Of a stretch of 64,000 nt of DNA, positions 21,117 to 31,103 are shown one piece after another. The notes beneath the pieces are model-generated. The model did not search any database. It was not told the origin of the DNA and saw only the letters and a list, made by a program, of their open reading frames with translations. The stretch comes from a phage. The translations under genes were made by a program, and so were the position numbers. The stretch lies in the NCBI GenBank assembly GCA_028522875.1, contig GCA_028522875.1_3659.1. One strand, given 5' to 3'. Each line of letters starts with the position of its first letter. Position 1 is the stretch's first letter.

Positions 21117-21431
21117 GTGGAGTTGGATTTGGCGGCATTGTACGGTATCTGCATGGGTACCGTTGTCCCGATCTGTGTATGGGCTTTCAACCAGTGGCAC
21201 ACCAAATGGAAAGGCATTTCCAAGAGGTTAGATGAACTGGAGAAAGACCTCATCTTAGTGAAAAACAGTATGGTTACAAAAGATAAACTTGATTCCGTTA
21301 TCGAGACCCGGTTAAGCAAGCTAGAGGCCGATATTAACGACCTTAAGCAGGATGTCAGGACAGATGTCTCCGGTATCCGAGCTGATGTACAAAAGATTTT
21401 GCACATGCTCGTAGAGCATAGTAAAAGGTAA
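21117..21431 (+). CDS. small membrane-anchored coiled-coil protein
   Basis: GTG start with RBS agaggagg; hydrophobic N-terminal segment (ALYGICMGTVVPICVWAF) then heptad-like charged region. Confidence 0.4.
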   Translation: MELDLAALYGICMGTVVPICVWAFNQWHTKWKGISKRLDELEKDLILVKNSMVTKDKLDSVIETRLSKLEADINDLKQDVRTDVSGIRADVQKILHMLVEHSKR

Positions 21432-21440
21432 ACAAAGGTC

Positions 21441-21470
21441 AGAACGGAAAGGACTCCGTTCTTGCATTTT
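21441..21470 (+). terminator. rho-independent terminator
   Basis: agaacgga-aaggac-tccgttct hairpin followed by tgcattttgttct. Confidence 0.5.
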
Positions 21471-21490
21471 GTTCTCTAAAGTGTTAAAAT
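21462..21490 (+). promoter_or_regulatory. sigma70-like promoter TTGCAT-17-TAAAAT
   Basis: -35 TTGCAT 21462-21467, 17 nt spacer, -10 TAAAAT 21485-21490; upstream of fibre paralog B. Confidence 0.5.
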
Positions 21491-21520
21491 AGTCCTAAGG
21501 AATTTTCTCAGGAGAACGCG

Positions 21521-22564
21521 ATGACTAAACCAGTTATCCCTCTTGATATTTGGGCCAATCAGGATGTTGTGCTTGAAAATACGGGAGAGTTGAATAAGTC
21601 TCAACCAAAAAAAGAAGAGAGATTGAAAGGTTGGGATATGACACAAAGAGTGGCATGTGAAGTTGTTAACTTTGAACTTCACATGCTTTCTGCGTGGTTA
21701 AAGCATCTAACAGAAGATGTTGTCCCAGGATGGGATAATAGATTCTTAAGGGTCACTAATAATCTAGCAGACGTTCCAGACAAAGCTGCTGCACGTCAAG
21801 TTCTCAATGTATACTCGCCTGAAGAAATGGACGATTTGTATGTTGACAAGTCTGGAGACATAATGACTCAGACTCAAACTTTAGGCCTTCAAAGAATCGA
21901 GTTTGCATCTGCGTCAACAGACAATGCGGCAATATATACCACCATAACCTCAGACAAGACGATGATGGATTTCTGGATTATGGACAACATCGGTGGTGCT
22001 GACGGCACAGATCTTGATGATCCTTCTCACCAAATAGACGGGTTCCGTTGGAGATTTCAGCCTTCTGGTGGGCAGCCTGTGTTTTCGGCTATGAAGCTCA
22101 ATGCTATAACTGCCAACCGTGCAAGACTGGCTATCCAAGGAAATCTTGAATGCAACGATGCAAAAAGTTCCTCTGCAAATGCCAATGCAGTTACTATACC
22201 AAGAGCCACTGTTAATGGACAACAATCCTGCGGAAGCGCTCAAATAGGTGGAAGAGTTGATTGTAACGATGAAACCGTCAGGGGCCAATATGCAACAGTT
22301 GGTGGAAGAAACGTGGTCCGCAGGGTAAATGGTAACGGCGCAGACAGTAGTGGTAACCTTACTATTCCTATGCCTAGCAGAGGGGTTGATGATGTAAGGA
22401 TAGCAAACCGTTTCAAAACCACCTACAGAGAGTCAAGAGTCTACCCTGGACATGTGATGTGCTCTGGTAACTACGCTTATAAACACCCTTATCAAGGTGA
22501 CTACTGGACAGGTGCTATCCAAAAACTTGTAAATGGTCAATGGATCACTATATCTTATGCTTAA
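21521..22564 (+). CDS. tail fibre tip / adhesin paralog B
   Basis: 347 aa; RBS caggag; conserved termini shared with 19466-20506, divergent central region. Confidence 0.55.
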   Translation: MTKPVIPLDIWANQDVVLENTGELNKSQPKKEERLKGWDMTQRVACEVVNFELHMLSAWLKHLTEDVVPGWDNRFLRVTNNLADVPDKAAARQVLNVYSPEEMDDLYVDKSGDIMTQTQTLGLQRIEFASASTDNAAIYTTITSDKTMMDFWIMDNIGGADGTDLDDPSHQIDGFRWRFQPSGGQPVFSAMKLNAITANRARLAIQGNLECNDAKSSSANANAVTIPRATVNGQQSCGSAQIGGRVDCNDETVRGQYATVGGRNVVRRVNGNGADSSGNLTIPMPSRGVDDVRIANRFKTTYRESRVYPGHVMCSGNYAYKHPYQGDYWTGAIQKLVNGQWITISYA

Positions 22565-22575
22565 AAAGAGGGTAA

Positions 22576-22842
22576 ATGAAACTAACTCAGTTTTTATGGG
22601 GACTGGTTGCGGCATCTGATGACCCTACGAAAGTATCCCAATCTAAGCTATGGTCGAACATAGGCATGGCGGTGATGACTGGGGTGTTTATTCATATGGG
22701 GTATAATGATACGCTTCCTGAATGGTATGCGTGGATATATGCACCTTCAGTAGCCTGCCCCCAGCTTATTAGCAAATTCATCTCGCTCCGGTGGGGTTGC
22801 CAGCACCCTGACCACGTTAAAAACGAAGAGCAAAAAGCTTAA
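22576..22842 (+). CDS. small hydrophobic protein (possible membrane protein)
   Basis: 88 aa; RBS aaagaggg; hydrophobic segments FLWGLVAA and IGMAVMTGVFIHMG. Confidence 0.4.
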   Translation: MKLTQFLWGLVAASDDPTKVSQSKLWSNIGMAVMTGVFIHMGYNDTLPEWYAWIYAPSVACPQLISKFISLRWGCQHPDHVKNEEQKA

Positions 22843-22851
22843 GGAGAAATC

Positions 22852-24597
22852 ATGGCGCAAGACATGACAAGCTTTGAGCAGGCGGTAGATCAAGTAATTG
22901 TTGATTCTGAACGTTTGCACCTGATTGTCAACGGTAACGCTGTGGATGAAGTTGTCGTAGAGGATGGGACCACCATCCCTACGGTACGAAAAGCCATGCT
23001 TGACACCCTTTATTTTAAAACGCCGCCGATCCCTTGGGCGTATGGTGCATCCACAACAGTTTTTAACCAGCTATATGAGTTTAAAGGGGACACAGGCCCT
23101 CAGTGGTGGTACGCTCCCGCAGCATCAAAATCTAACCCGGTTAGAATGCCAGCAGATCCTTCACAATCTCCAAACTGGAGATTATATACCGACTCTGCAG
23201 TAATGGCAAAATACTACGCAAAACTTAACAGCCCAAGGTTCGAAGGTGACCCGCGAGTACCTACGCCTCCAATGGACGATAAGTCTGAGTCTATAGCAAA
23301 CACAGAGTTTGTTGTTGACTATGTAGATAGCATATTTGAAGCTATGGAGGGGATGAAGGTTACTGTAGGGTCTTTGGTGGTAAAAGGTCTTACAGAACTT
23401 GCTAACACCATAGTTGGTGGCACCCTTACCTTACATGGACCTGTTAATGGGGCAGATTCTACTGCACGCTTTAGGAATCTAATCCTCACGGCAAATACTT
23501 CTACACTTACTTTTGCGTGGAGCGATCCTAAGCATGCAGACTGGAGAAGTACAGAGCTGCAACCTCATGAAGTGTCCACCCACAGGGTTATAGCTGACAC
23601 TATAACTTCTGGGAAACCAGTGGCTAATAATAACGATGTGCATTTTGATGGTCTGGGTAATAACTTTTTTGACTACGTGTACATTCGTGGTAATGCCATG
23701 AAGGCAGCAACCGAACCGACATTGCAGGTCGATGGGACCACCAGGGTTAAGAACCTTGAGGTGACAGGTACCGTTACAGGGATAACATACTCTGTCGATG
23801 GCACCATGATCTACCCTAGCTATATTGAAAGCACGGGTGATGCACTGATAAATGGCGATTTGGAGGTTGGCGGGTCTGTAGTTATTCGAGGTACAGCCTC
23901 TATCCAAAATATATCTCTGAATACTCTAAGAGTCAATGAGCGTGCAACTTTTGAAGGAGAAGGGCTTACAGCCAATAAAGGTACAATTACCGAGCTGACC
24001 GCCACCACTTTAACTGCAACAACTGCAAACTCTGAAAACTGCAACATTACCAGAAACTTGCAGGTAAATGGAGATGTCAGTTTAAACGCCTCAGGGACTG
24101 GCACCACCTACCTTCACAATCTTGAAATATCCGGCACAGTGACCGGGTGGCTGCCAGACTTCTCTAATGTCAACTTTGTCTGTAATGGCATTAACTCCAG
24201 TGGTAAGATAACCACCTCTCAAGAAATTGAGGCTGGTAAAACCATCACTGCCCCTACTTTCCACGCAGGGAAGGTAGATTTCGATTTAGAGGAGGTTGAC
24301 GCGTCCAGTGGGACATGGACACCTAACGGGCAGGCCAGTATGTATGTTGTCCACGCTAAAGGGGATTTTACAATAGGGCAGTGGCCTGGAACATCAGCGG
24401 AAGATAAACCTTATCCATTCACTGCAGTTATCTATGTAATTCAGGATGCTGTAGGTCACAACGTGACTCTGCACGATAAGTATGCTATCCTGTCGGCAAC
24501 ACCTGTTATTAACAACAAGGCTAACAGTGTTACCTTGCTGCAATTGACGTATTGTGGTGTTGGTGATATCGTAGACGTAGTAATTGCACAACGTTAA
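22852..24597 (+). CDS. tail fibre protein (P2 gpH / lambda Stf-like N-terminal collar motif)
   Basis: 581 aa; RBS aaggag; contains LNSPRFEGDPRVPTPPMDDKSESIANTEFV, matching the conserved tail-fibre motif SP.ftG.PtaPT....nstqIAtTaFV. Confidence 0.6.
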   Translation: MAQDMTSFEQAVDQVIVDSERLHLIVNGNAVDEVVVEDGTTIPTVRKAMLDTLYFKTPPIPWAYGASTTVFNQLYEFKGDTGPQWWYAPAASKSNPVRMPADPSQSPNWRLYTDSAVMAKYYAKLNSPRFEGDPRVPTPPMDDKSESIANTEFVVDYVDSIFEAMEGMKVTVGSLVVKGLTELANTIVGGTLTLHGPVNGADSTARFRNLILTANTSTLTFAWSDPKHADWRSTELQPHEVSTHRVIADTITSGKPVANNNDVHFDGLGNNFFDYVYIRGNAMKAATEPTLQVDGTTRVKNLEVTGTVTGITYSVDGTMIYPSYIESTGDALINGDLEVGGSVVIRGTASIQNISLNTLRVNERATFEGEGLTANKGTITELTATTLTATTANSENCNITRNLQVNGDVSLNASGTGTTYLHNLEISGTVTGWLPDFSNVNFVCNGINSSGKITTSQEIEAGKTITAPTFHAGKVDFDLEEVDASSGTWTPNGQASMYVVHAKGDFTIGQWPGTSAEDKPYPFTAVIYVIQDAVGHNVTLHDKYAILSATPVINNKANSVTLLQLTYCGVGDIVDVVIAQR

Positions 24598-24606
24598 TAT
24601 ATCTAA

Positions 24607-24630
24607 CCGCTCCTGACGGGGCGGTTTTCT
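24607..24630 (+). terminator. candidate rho-independent terminator
   Basis: ccgctcc-tgac-ggggcgg hairpin (one G-U pair) followed by ttttctt. Confidence 0.45.
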
Positions 24631-24645
24631 TATCTGGAGAACACA

Positions 24646-27600
24646 ATGCTTCCAATCCCTTTGCTAAAACTTGGTCGTCATTTCCTCGATAAGAGGGGTG
24701 GAATTAAGGAACTTGCTGTTCTGTCATACCCAATAGACAACAGTGACGGTACAAGCACTGCAGTATCCTATGTAAACAGCTTAGCTATACTTTTTGACGA
24801 TGGTCAACTTAATATTACGGGCTATAACAAGTTCGGGGAGTGTCGCACTGGGGATCGTAACCCTATAAACTACCCGAGCGAAACAGCATGGAATGTTGAT
24901 CATGTGTGGAGAGCAGACCGTGCGTTTGTGATCCGGACTTTTGATAATCAGTTTTTCTACATCGGCTGCACTGCAGGTCTTATCGGATCCACTGCGGCGG
25001 GTGGTAATGATGTTTGTGTCAGAGAGTGGACACCTTTGCCGGAACAGATCGTAACAGGGTTGCATTTGGACACCCATCCTGAGAGACTTGTTGAAGTAAT
25101 GGGTGGCATAAACAATACAGTGTGGGTAATTGCTGCACCAGAGGCTGATGGTATGCTTCACCTGTACGGCTCTGGCAATAATACTTACGGCTCTCTTCAT
25201 GTTGACAAAAATCAACACGCTACTCCAGTTAAGATTGGTGAATCATCTGAAAGTCCAGAGACAGGTCCTTGGAAAAATCCAAGAATTAATTGTGAAGTTC
25301 ATGACAACTCGGTTATTTTTGGTGGTCCTAACGGATTCTGGATTGCAGGTTACGATTTCTTAAGAAATAACAGCAAAAACACACCAGTTTATCCAGCCGA
25401 GCATGTGACTCTTGACCAGTTTAAAGGCATCCCAGTGGGCGAGACATGGAAAGGGTTCATGTGTGGACCTAATGGTGCAATTATAGCCACAGAAAGGATG
25501 CACAAACCTGATGACCAACAACTTGTTAATGTGTTTTATGGTCAGGATGTTTGGGGTGACGACACGTGGAGAAGCCTTAACATCACCTATACCCATGAAG
25601 TAATTATGGCTCGCGGGTACGGGACTAGTGGAATTTTCTTCAATAATGGTACAAAACAGTACCGTGGTTTCTCCAGAAACCTGTGTAACGATATTGGTGC
25701 TCAATCTGCTAATAATAATCCTAGGGCCAATTTTATTCATTACAGAGCGCTGGCAACAGCTAAGTTTGTTGAACAGACAGAGCCAGTAAGCTGGACAGAA
25801 AGCGTTTATTTTCAAGGGATCCACAGGGAAGGTTTCTTAGGCACATTCTGTGTGGTAAATGGAAAGCTTTGGTGGTCAGGTATCCCAAGGGGCAGTTTTT
25901 CAGGCTCTAATAACCTGTTCGGCGGCAGACTTAACAGCCAAGGGTTCACAGAGATTCCTGAGAATTGGTATAAAAATGTTCCGGTAGATAGCTGGAGTAT
26001 CGAAGACATCTTTGATGTCAATGGTGTAAGCAGTGTTAGCAATATATACATTGGCGACACTGTCAAAATGAAGTTGAAACCTCAACCGGAGGGTGCTACG
26101 TTCATTATTGACAAGATTGAGCTCGTGAACGCTGCAGGTACTGTTGTTACAGATGCAAACTATCAGTTCTCTACTAACTGGAACCATGGCGGTGCTAACG
26201 AGATTGTGGTTACCCAGCATAACCGTAACATCAACAGACGCGGTCTGTATTCTGTCAAGATCACCTATCATGATAAACATGGCGCTGGAAGAACCCACAC
26301 CACACGAAACTTAAACTGGAACATTATAGTTCCTGCATATCCGTCAGACGGCAAATGGCACACTGTTGGCAGGAAGAAACAGTTCCATGTAAACGATACT
26401 GTATACTTTGGGCTTAACGGCTCTCAGCCTGCTCCAGAAAGCGATACAGCATATATGGTTAGGCTTCACAGGCAAGATGCCGGATCTACCACGTATGATG
26501 TGACCCAGGAGATCTACGACCAGAGACGCAGTATCTATGACAATCTTGTGAAAACACAAGCCTTGTGGGAGTTCAACCCTAACGGCAAAGGCGGGAAGAT
26601 GCTGCAGGTTAACGAGCAGAACGGAACATCGTTAACAGTGCACGAGCATGCTGATCCATGGCCTGATCCTGGTAAGCCTCACCCAGGTGCTCGCACACTG
26701 AAAGTTGTTAGCCACAACGCAGGGTATTTCGGGATACGTTGGGAAGCTACAGTAAAATATGTTGATGGAACAACAAACAATATAGGTATTACTCTGGGTG
26801 GTACCAGTGAAGATAGTTCTCTGAAAATTGCCTACACCCCTAGAGGCATCTCTATTGACAATATGGATATAGTTCGTAACGGTTACGGTGATGTAAACAT
26901 CAAAGTTACCCTCGGTGAACATCTTGGTGGAGAAAGGATCATCATGTATGCCTTTGACCATGATCCTCGCACCAATGGAACCTATGCAAATCAGGCGTGG
27001 AGTTACCTGATAAATGCACCTGAGCCAAATACTAAAGAGTTTTATTATGGTATGAAGCGCGATGTGTGCAAGAAAACAGGAACACATGACTGGATCGCTA
27101 TCTGCGTTAAAGATGAGCGGACAGCTTGGGACGAGCCTGTTAACAGATGGTTCATAGGAATCCCAACCAGAAGTGATAAATATGTCACAGAATATATTGT
27201 GTGCATGGGCGGCACCAACCTGAACCTGTGTTGGAACGAAGATGCAAACAAATATTCCGATTATGACTATATGAGAGATATCTCTTGTAATCAGTGGTTT
27301 AACCAGACTACAGGTTACCCTCCGCGTCAGGCGAGAGTAAACCCTGCAATCTTCACAGATACGCAGGTTTTCTTGACAAAACAGGCCAACGAGGTTCAGA
27401 CCTTCAAGAACAAATACGACCCTAACAAGTGGTTTTATAACTGTTATGGCGCATTTTTCTGGGGTCCGGGGGAACTACCTAACGGGGGATCTTGCTTCGA
27501 GGCTGCAACCTATGGCAGCGACTATATTATGGGGCAAGTCAAGAAATACAAAATGATCCCTGGTCCTGAAACCCTGGGTAATGCTGTTGACCCGTATATA

Positions 27601-30282
27601 GTCTTCTCGTCTGTCCATGCAAATATGAACGGAGAGAAGTATCCGTTCGACGTTCCGGTAGCCAATAGATACAGACGTGTCGTGATGATCATTAAGTGCG
27701 ACCTGATAGGTAAGCAAGTTCCTGCTGAAAACGGAACATCAACACACCCGTTTGAAATTGCTCTGCACTACCAATTTGCAGATTCGCCTTTTGCAGGGGA
27801 TAAGAGAATATCTGATACAGATGCACAGCGTTGTAAGAAGGTATTGTTAGGTGCTGGATGGTGGTGGTATGAGTTTGACTTGACAGACAAACTCACAGAC
27901 AACACAAAAACTCTTACAGGTATTCGTCTGGACCTTGGTGAAAACATGCACAAAAGTGTCTGCGATGGCACCTATGGTGATCCTACAGTACACTTGAAAT
28001 ATGTTTCTCTTGAGCATCCGGAGGAAACTGTTATTGGCCCCAAACTGAGACTGTTTGGCAGCTGGATTGCTAAAGACAGAGTAGGAATGGGTAAAAAGGT
28101 AAGAGGATTCCTGATGGATGCGGGGACAGAAGACATGCTGGTTAATGCAGTGTGGCCTACTCTAGAGGGAACCGACTACAACAATGCTGCAAGATCTGTC
28201 AACTGGTTTAACATCCACAGAGCCATGTGGACTACCAACTGCTATTTGTGGAGAGAGCTTAACGATAATGCCTTCGGCTTCAGCAATGGCAGAAGGATGG
28301 CTATCATTTGCTGGACAACACTGCAACGTTGCTATGACCACAACTATGAAATAGGTGGTAGAGCGTGGAAAGACACCAGGGATAGAATTGTGTACAACTT
28401 TGCAGACGACAACGGTGGTGGAGCGTATAACTTCGGCACAAGCAGACTTATCCACTTAAACGGATCCTCGGCCTACAAGAAAGAAGGTTACTCTGGATCC
28501 ATGATTGAGTGGGGTCTGGTAAAAGATGCTCGCGTATTGATGGGCCAACAACTTGCTGCTGCAATAGGTCCTAACGCAGTGCAATCTGTTAAACCAGCGT
28601 GGTTCGATATTCCATTGTGGTCATCCGGCACACCAGGGACTGCTGCAATCAATCCTACCACGGGAGATCTGGAAATCTCTTGGGAAGACTTGAAGCAGGT
28701 TGGGGGCTGGGATAAGACAGGGTATCAGGTGCAGTGGTGGAAATCTGACGGATCGTTAGCAGCTGATGAGTTTGTTAAGGACAATTTCTACACCATGTCT
28801 TCTGCAAAAGCACAGCAATTGTTTGGTCAGGCCACTCCGTCAACGATCACCATGTCTATGTGTTGTAAAGACAACAGGACTGGAGCTCTGGGACCAAGGG
28901 TTGCTAAAGTTTTCTCAGGTATCAAATGGAATCTACCTGTTCAAAGTGTTTCATGGAAGCAAATAGGTGATAACAGGCTGCTGGTTACTCCTGCTTGCCA
29001 GTTCAACGCAACTCTTAACGTTGTTCCGGTTGTTGCAGCAAACTCAGCCAAAGCTTCTGACTTCTCTGTGTCTAACACTGCCATGGCAGATGTGAGAAAG
29101 ATTGACACACTGAATGCAAGAATCACCTGTAAAAACACTTATGGCACCTTCCAGGTTATCAACAACTTCACAGATGCCGATTCTAAGGTGGTGAGAACCG
29201 CAAGCCAGACCTTGCGTTTAGGGACTTTGGCTTATGCAGCATTGATCACTGAGCAGTCATCTACCCTTCAGGGTGGTGGCGTAGGCAAGTCTATTACAAC
29301 ACCTGTTTGGAAGCCTAACGAGTGGGTTGTGTTTGATTTGACTGTTGACTTCTCCAGTGATAATAACTGGACGTGGGTAAGGGATTGCTTGTCTCAGTTA
29401 ATGGGTGGTCCAAGCTCTATCAGGGATAGCCACGACTCTACCGATCCTGGCGTGTTCCAAGTGGGTAAAACTCACCCAGAGACCGGGGCTACATTGCCTG
29501 ACAGGAAGTATGCTTTGGTTTGCATCTCCCACGGCAAGGCCGATGTCACATTCTCAGGGACACATACTTATAACGGAACCTACAACTTCTCAAGAAAATA
29601 CAGCCTCAAGGCTGGGAATATTGTAGATGAGGTTGGGGTGTTGTATAACCCTGGCAATGGCATAGGTATTGTTGGCGGTAAACTGCAGATGCAGGAACCC
29701 TCTATCACCCCTTCCAACGTAACAGGGATCAGAAAGACTTGGGAAAGTAGTAATACTGGCATAGCAACCGTTGATGCTAACACAGGACTGGTAACATTTA
29801 AAGCGCCCGGTAATGTCAACATAACGTTTGTAGTTACGGATGATGCAGGCCGCAAGACGTCTTCAACATCTTTCACTGTCAAACAGATGACACCACAGTG
29901 GAGAATGTGGATAGGCAGAGCAACAAACGGGGCATACCCAAATCCGGCAGGGACTTCAGGAATGAAGACTTTCTCTGCAAGCAGACCGATGGAGTATGGC
30001 AGCGGTCCTAAAGTAGGGCAAATGGTGTACTTCGGCGCATATATTCCTGAAATTATAGGGCTTCCGAGAAATCAGATCCAGTTGCTGTTCGGATCTGGAG
30101 TTGACGAGCTTGCTACTTTCGGGTATAGCGATAACATCGAGGCTGCAAGAAGTTCCGGATGGGTAGGGTTCAGACTGCAGTTGGCAGTAGAAGGCAGGGT
30201 CATGGGGTTTGGCTCCATAGGTGCCATGCTTCCTGGTGATCAGCAGTATGATCTTGAAGCTTATGCAACTTTCTCTCGTTAA
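24646..30282 (+). CDS. giant tail-associated protein (1878 aa) with RCC1-like repeats and a Big_2 Ig-like domain
   Basis: Single uninterrupted ORF; N-terminal repeats (ITGYNKFGECRTGD, LYGSGNNTYGSLHVD) resemble RCC1 blades; C-terminal region PSNVTGIRKTWESSNTGIATVDANTGLVTFKAPGNVNITFVVTDDAGRKTSSTSFTVK is Big_2-like. Confidence 0.5.
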   Translation: MLPIPLLKLGRHFLDKRGGIKELAVLSYPIDNSDGTSTAVSYVNSLAILFDDGQLNITGYNKFGECRTGDRNPINYPSETAWNVDHVWRADRAFVIRTFDNQFFYIGCTAGLIGSTAAGGNDVCVREWTPLPEQIVTGLHLDTHPERLVEVMGGINNTVWVIAAPEADGMLHLYGSGNNTYGSLHVDKNQHATPVKIGESSESPETGPWKNPRINCEVHDNSVIFGGPNGFWIAGYDFLRNNSKNTPVYPAEHVTLDQFKGIPVGETWKGFMCGPNGAIIATERMHKPDDQQLVNVFYGQDVWGDDTWRSLNITYTHEVIMARGYGTSGIFFNNGTKQYRGFSRNLCNDIGAQSANNNPRANFIHYRALATAKFVEQTEPVSWTESVYFQGIHREGFLGTFCVVNGKLWWSGIPRGSFSGSNNLFGGRLNSQGFTEIPENWYKNVPVDSWSIEDIFDVNGVSSVSNIYIGDTVKMKLKPQPEGATFIIDKIELVNAAGTVVTDANYQFSTNWNHGGANEIVVTQHNRNINRRGLYSVKITYHDKHGAGRTHTTRNLNWNIIVPAYPSDGKWHTVGRKKQFHVNDTVYFGLNGSQPAPESDTAYMVRLHRQDAGSTTYDVTQEIYDQRRSIYDNLVKTQALWEFNPNGKGGKMLQVNEQNGTSLTVHEHADPWPDPGKPHPGARTLKVVSHNAGYFGIRWEATVKYVDGTTNNIGITLGGTSEDSSLKIAYTPRGISIDNMDIVRNGYGDVNIKVTLGEHLGGERIIMYAFDHDPRTNGTYANQAWSYLINAPEPNTKEFYYGMKRDVCKKTGTHDWIAICVKDERTAWDEPVNRWFIGIPTRSDKYVTEYIVCMGGTNLNLCWNEDANKYSDYDYMRDISCNQWFNQTTGYPPRQARVNPAIFTDTQVFLTKQANEVQTFKNKYDPNKWFYNCYGAFFWGPGELPNGGSCFEAATYGSDYIMGQVKKYKMIPGPETLGNAVDPYIVFSSVHANMNGEKYPFDVPVANRYRRVVMIIKCDLIGKQVPAENGTSTHPFEIALHYQFADSPFAGDKRISDTDAQRCKKVLLGAGWWWYEFDLTDKLTDNTKTLTGIRLDLGENMHKSVCDGTYGDPTVHLKYVSLEHPEETVIGPKLRLFGSWIAKDRVGMGKKVRGFLMDAGTEDMLVNAVWPTLEGTDYNNAARSVNWFNIHRAMWTTNCYLWRELNDNAFGFSNGRRMAIICWTTLQRCYDHNYEIGGRAWKDTRDRIVYNFADDNGGGAYNFGTSRLIHLNGSSAYKKEGYSGSMIEWGLVKDARVLMGQQLAAAIGPNAVQSVKPAWFDIPLWSSGTPGTAAINPTTGDLEISWEDLKQVGGWDKTGYQVQWWKSDGSLAADEFVKDNFYTMSSAKAQQLFGQATPSTITMSMCCKDNRTGALGPRVAKVFSGIKWNLPVQSVSWKQIGDNRLLVTPACQFNATLNVVPVVAANSAKASDFSVSNTAMADVRKIDTLNARITCKNTYGTFQVINNFTDADSKVVRTASQTLRLGTLAYAALITEQSSTLQGGGVGKSITTPVWKPNEWVVFDLTVDFSSDNNWTWVRDCLSQLMGGPSSIRDSHDSTDPGVFQVGKTHPETGATLPDRKYALVCISHGKADVTFSGTHTYNGTYNFSRKYSLKAGNIVDEVGVLYNPGNGIGIVGGKLQMQEPSITPSNVTGIRKTWESSNTGIATVDANTGLVTFKAPGNVNITFVVTDDAGRKTSSTSFTVKQMTPQWRMWIGRATNGAYPNPAGTSGMKTFSASRPMEYGSGPKVGQMVYFGAYIPEIIGLPRNQIQLLFGSGVDELATFGYSDNIEAARSSGWVGFRLQLAVEGRVMGFGSIGAMLPGDQQYDLEAYATFSR

Positions 30283-30294
30283 CGGGGGGTAAAT

Positions 30295-30324
30295 AAAAAG
30301 GGGCCAAACGGCCCCTTTCTTTTT
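30295..30324. terminator. bidirectional rho-independent terminator at convergent gene junction
   Basis: aaaaa-ggggcc-aaac-ggcccc-tttcttttt: GC stem flanked by A-run and T-run, between + gene ending 30282 and - gene ending 30329. Confidence 0.7.
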
Positions 30325-30328
30325 ATAA

Positions 30329-30529
30329 TTAATAATATTCCCAACACGACCCATCTTCAGACGGCTGGACGCGTTTACCTTTGTGGTCAACGTAGATATA
30401 GCCGCAACCTTCGCAGATAACAGGTGCTGCATAACCTTCCTTCCACTGATCTTCTGTGATTAGTCCTTCCAGATCTCCGCAATCGTGACCAAACAACTCT
30501 TCAGAACAGTCTTTACAAAAATCAGCCAT
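30329..30529 (-). CDS. small Cys-rich zinc-ribbon-like protein
   Basis: 66 aa; CxxC...CxxC arrangement (CKDC ... CEGC); RBS gaggac. Confidence 0.45.
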   Translation of the reverse strand: MADFCKDCSEELFGHDCGDLEGLITEDQWKEGYAAPVICEGCGYIYVDHKGKRVQPSEDGSCWEYY

Positions 30530-30532
30530 TTA

Positions 30533-30940
30533 TCAGTCCTCGCATTTAATAAATTTTTCTACAGACCCGCCAAGAACAGCTTGTTGCTTGAGGGCGCTTT
30601 CTTCATCGTAGTGAATAGATTTATGTTCCGTGCCTCCAAACTTACCTGTGTGGAAGGTATGCACCCAAATCTCTTTGGGGAGTGAGTTACCCTCTTCCTT
30701 CACCAACTCCCACATTCCCCACAAATGATCCGTAATATCACGGATAAAATATCCCTCACCGAGGTTTGTATTAACACTGTAGGCAGATTTATGATCCCCG
30801 CAAGTATAACGGACGGCAGTGTATTCCTTGCCTGCTGTAAAATGGGTATCCATGATTATAGCTGTTATAGAGCTGGGGTCTCGAAAGCCTAAGAATTTTA
30901 GCTTAACAATTTCGACTTTTATATTTGTAAGATTATCCAT
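30533..30940 (-). CDS. hypothetical protein (His-rich, possible metal-binding)
   Basis: 135 aa; RBS gaggag; several His clusters (MDTHF, GDH, HTFHTG, EHKSIHYDE). Confidence 0.45.
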   Translation of the reverse strand: MDNLTNIKVEIVKLKFLGFRDPSSITAIIMDTHFTAGKEYTAVRYTCGDHKSAYSVNTNLGEGYFIRDITDHLWGMWELVKEEGNSLPKEIWVHTFHTGKFGGTEHKSIHYDEESALKQQAVLGGSVEKFIKCED

Positions 30941-31103
30941 GACAGTCTCCTCTGCTTGGTTGGTGGGATAATCATATAAAAATTCTGCGTTGATGTCAAG
31001 CTTAATTTTAAGCGATTTAAGAGGGTGTTTGTTTCAGGAAGGCAATCACATAGGGTGGGGCAATTTATGAAGGCACAGGCCTCGTTTGAGGCCTTAAATT
31101 CTA

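Noticed and set aside
19466-24597. Diversity-generating retroelement or invertible fibre segment
   Set aside because: No reverse transcriptase, template repeat or site-specific invertase gene is present; the two fibre paralogs are separately promoted genes.
2797-30432. Many antisense ORFs of 60-160 aa inside the large + strand structural genes (e.g. 3114-3566, 25360-25824, 26632-27087, 29956-30432 on the minus strand)
   Set aside because: Fully embedded in long, motif-supported + strand ORFs, lack RBS and operon context; typical spurious reverse-frame ORFs.
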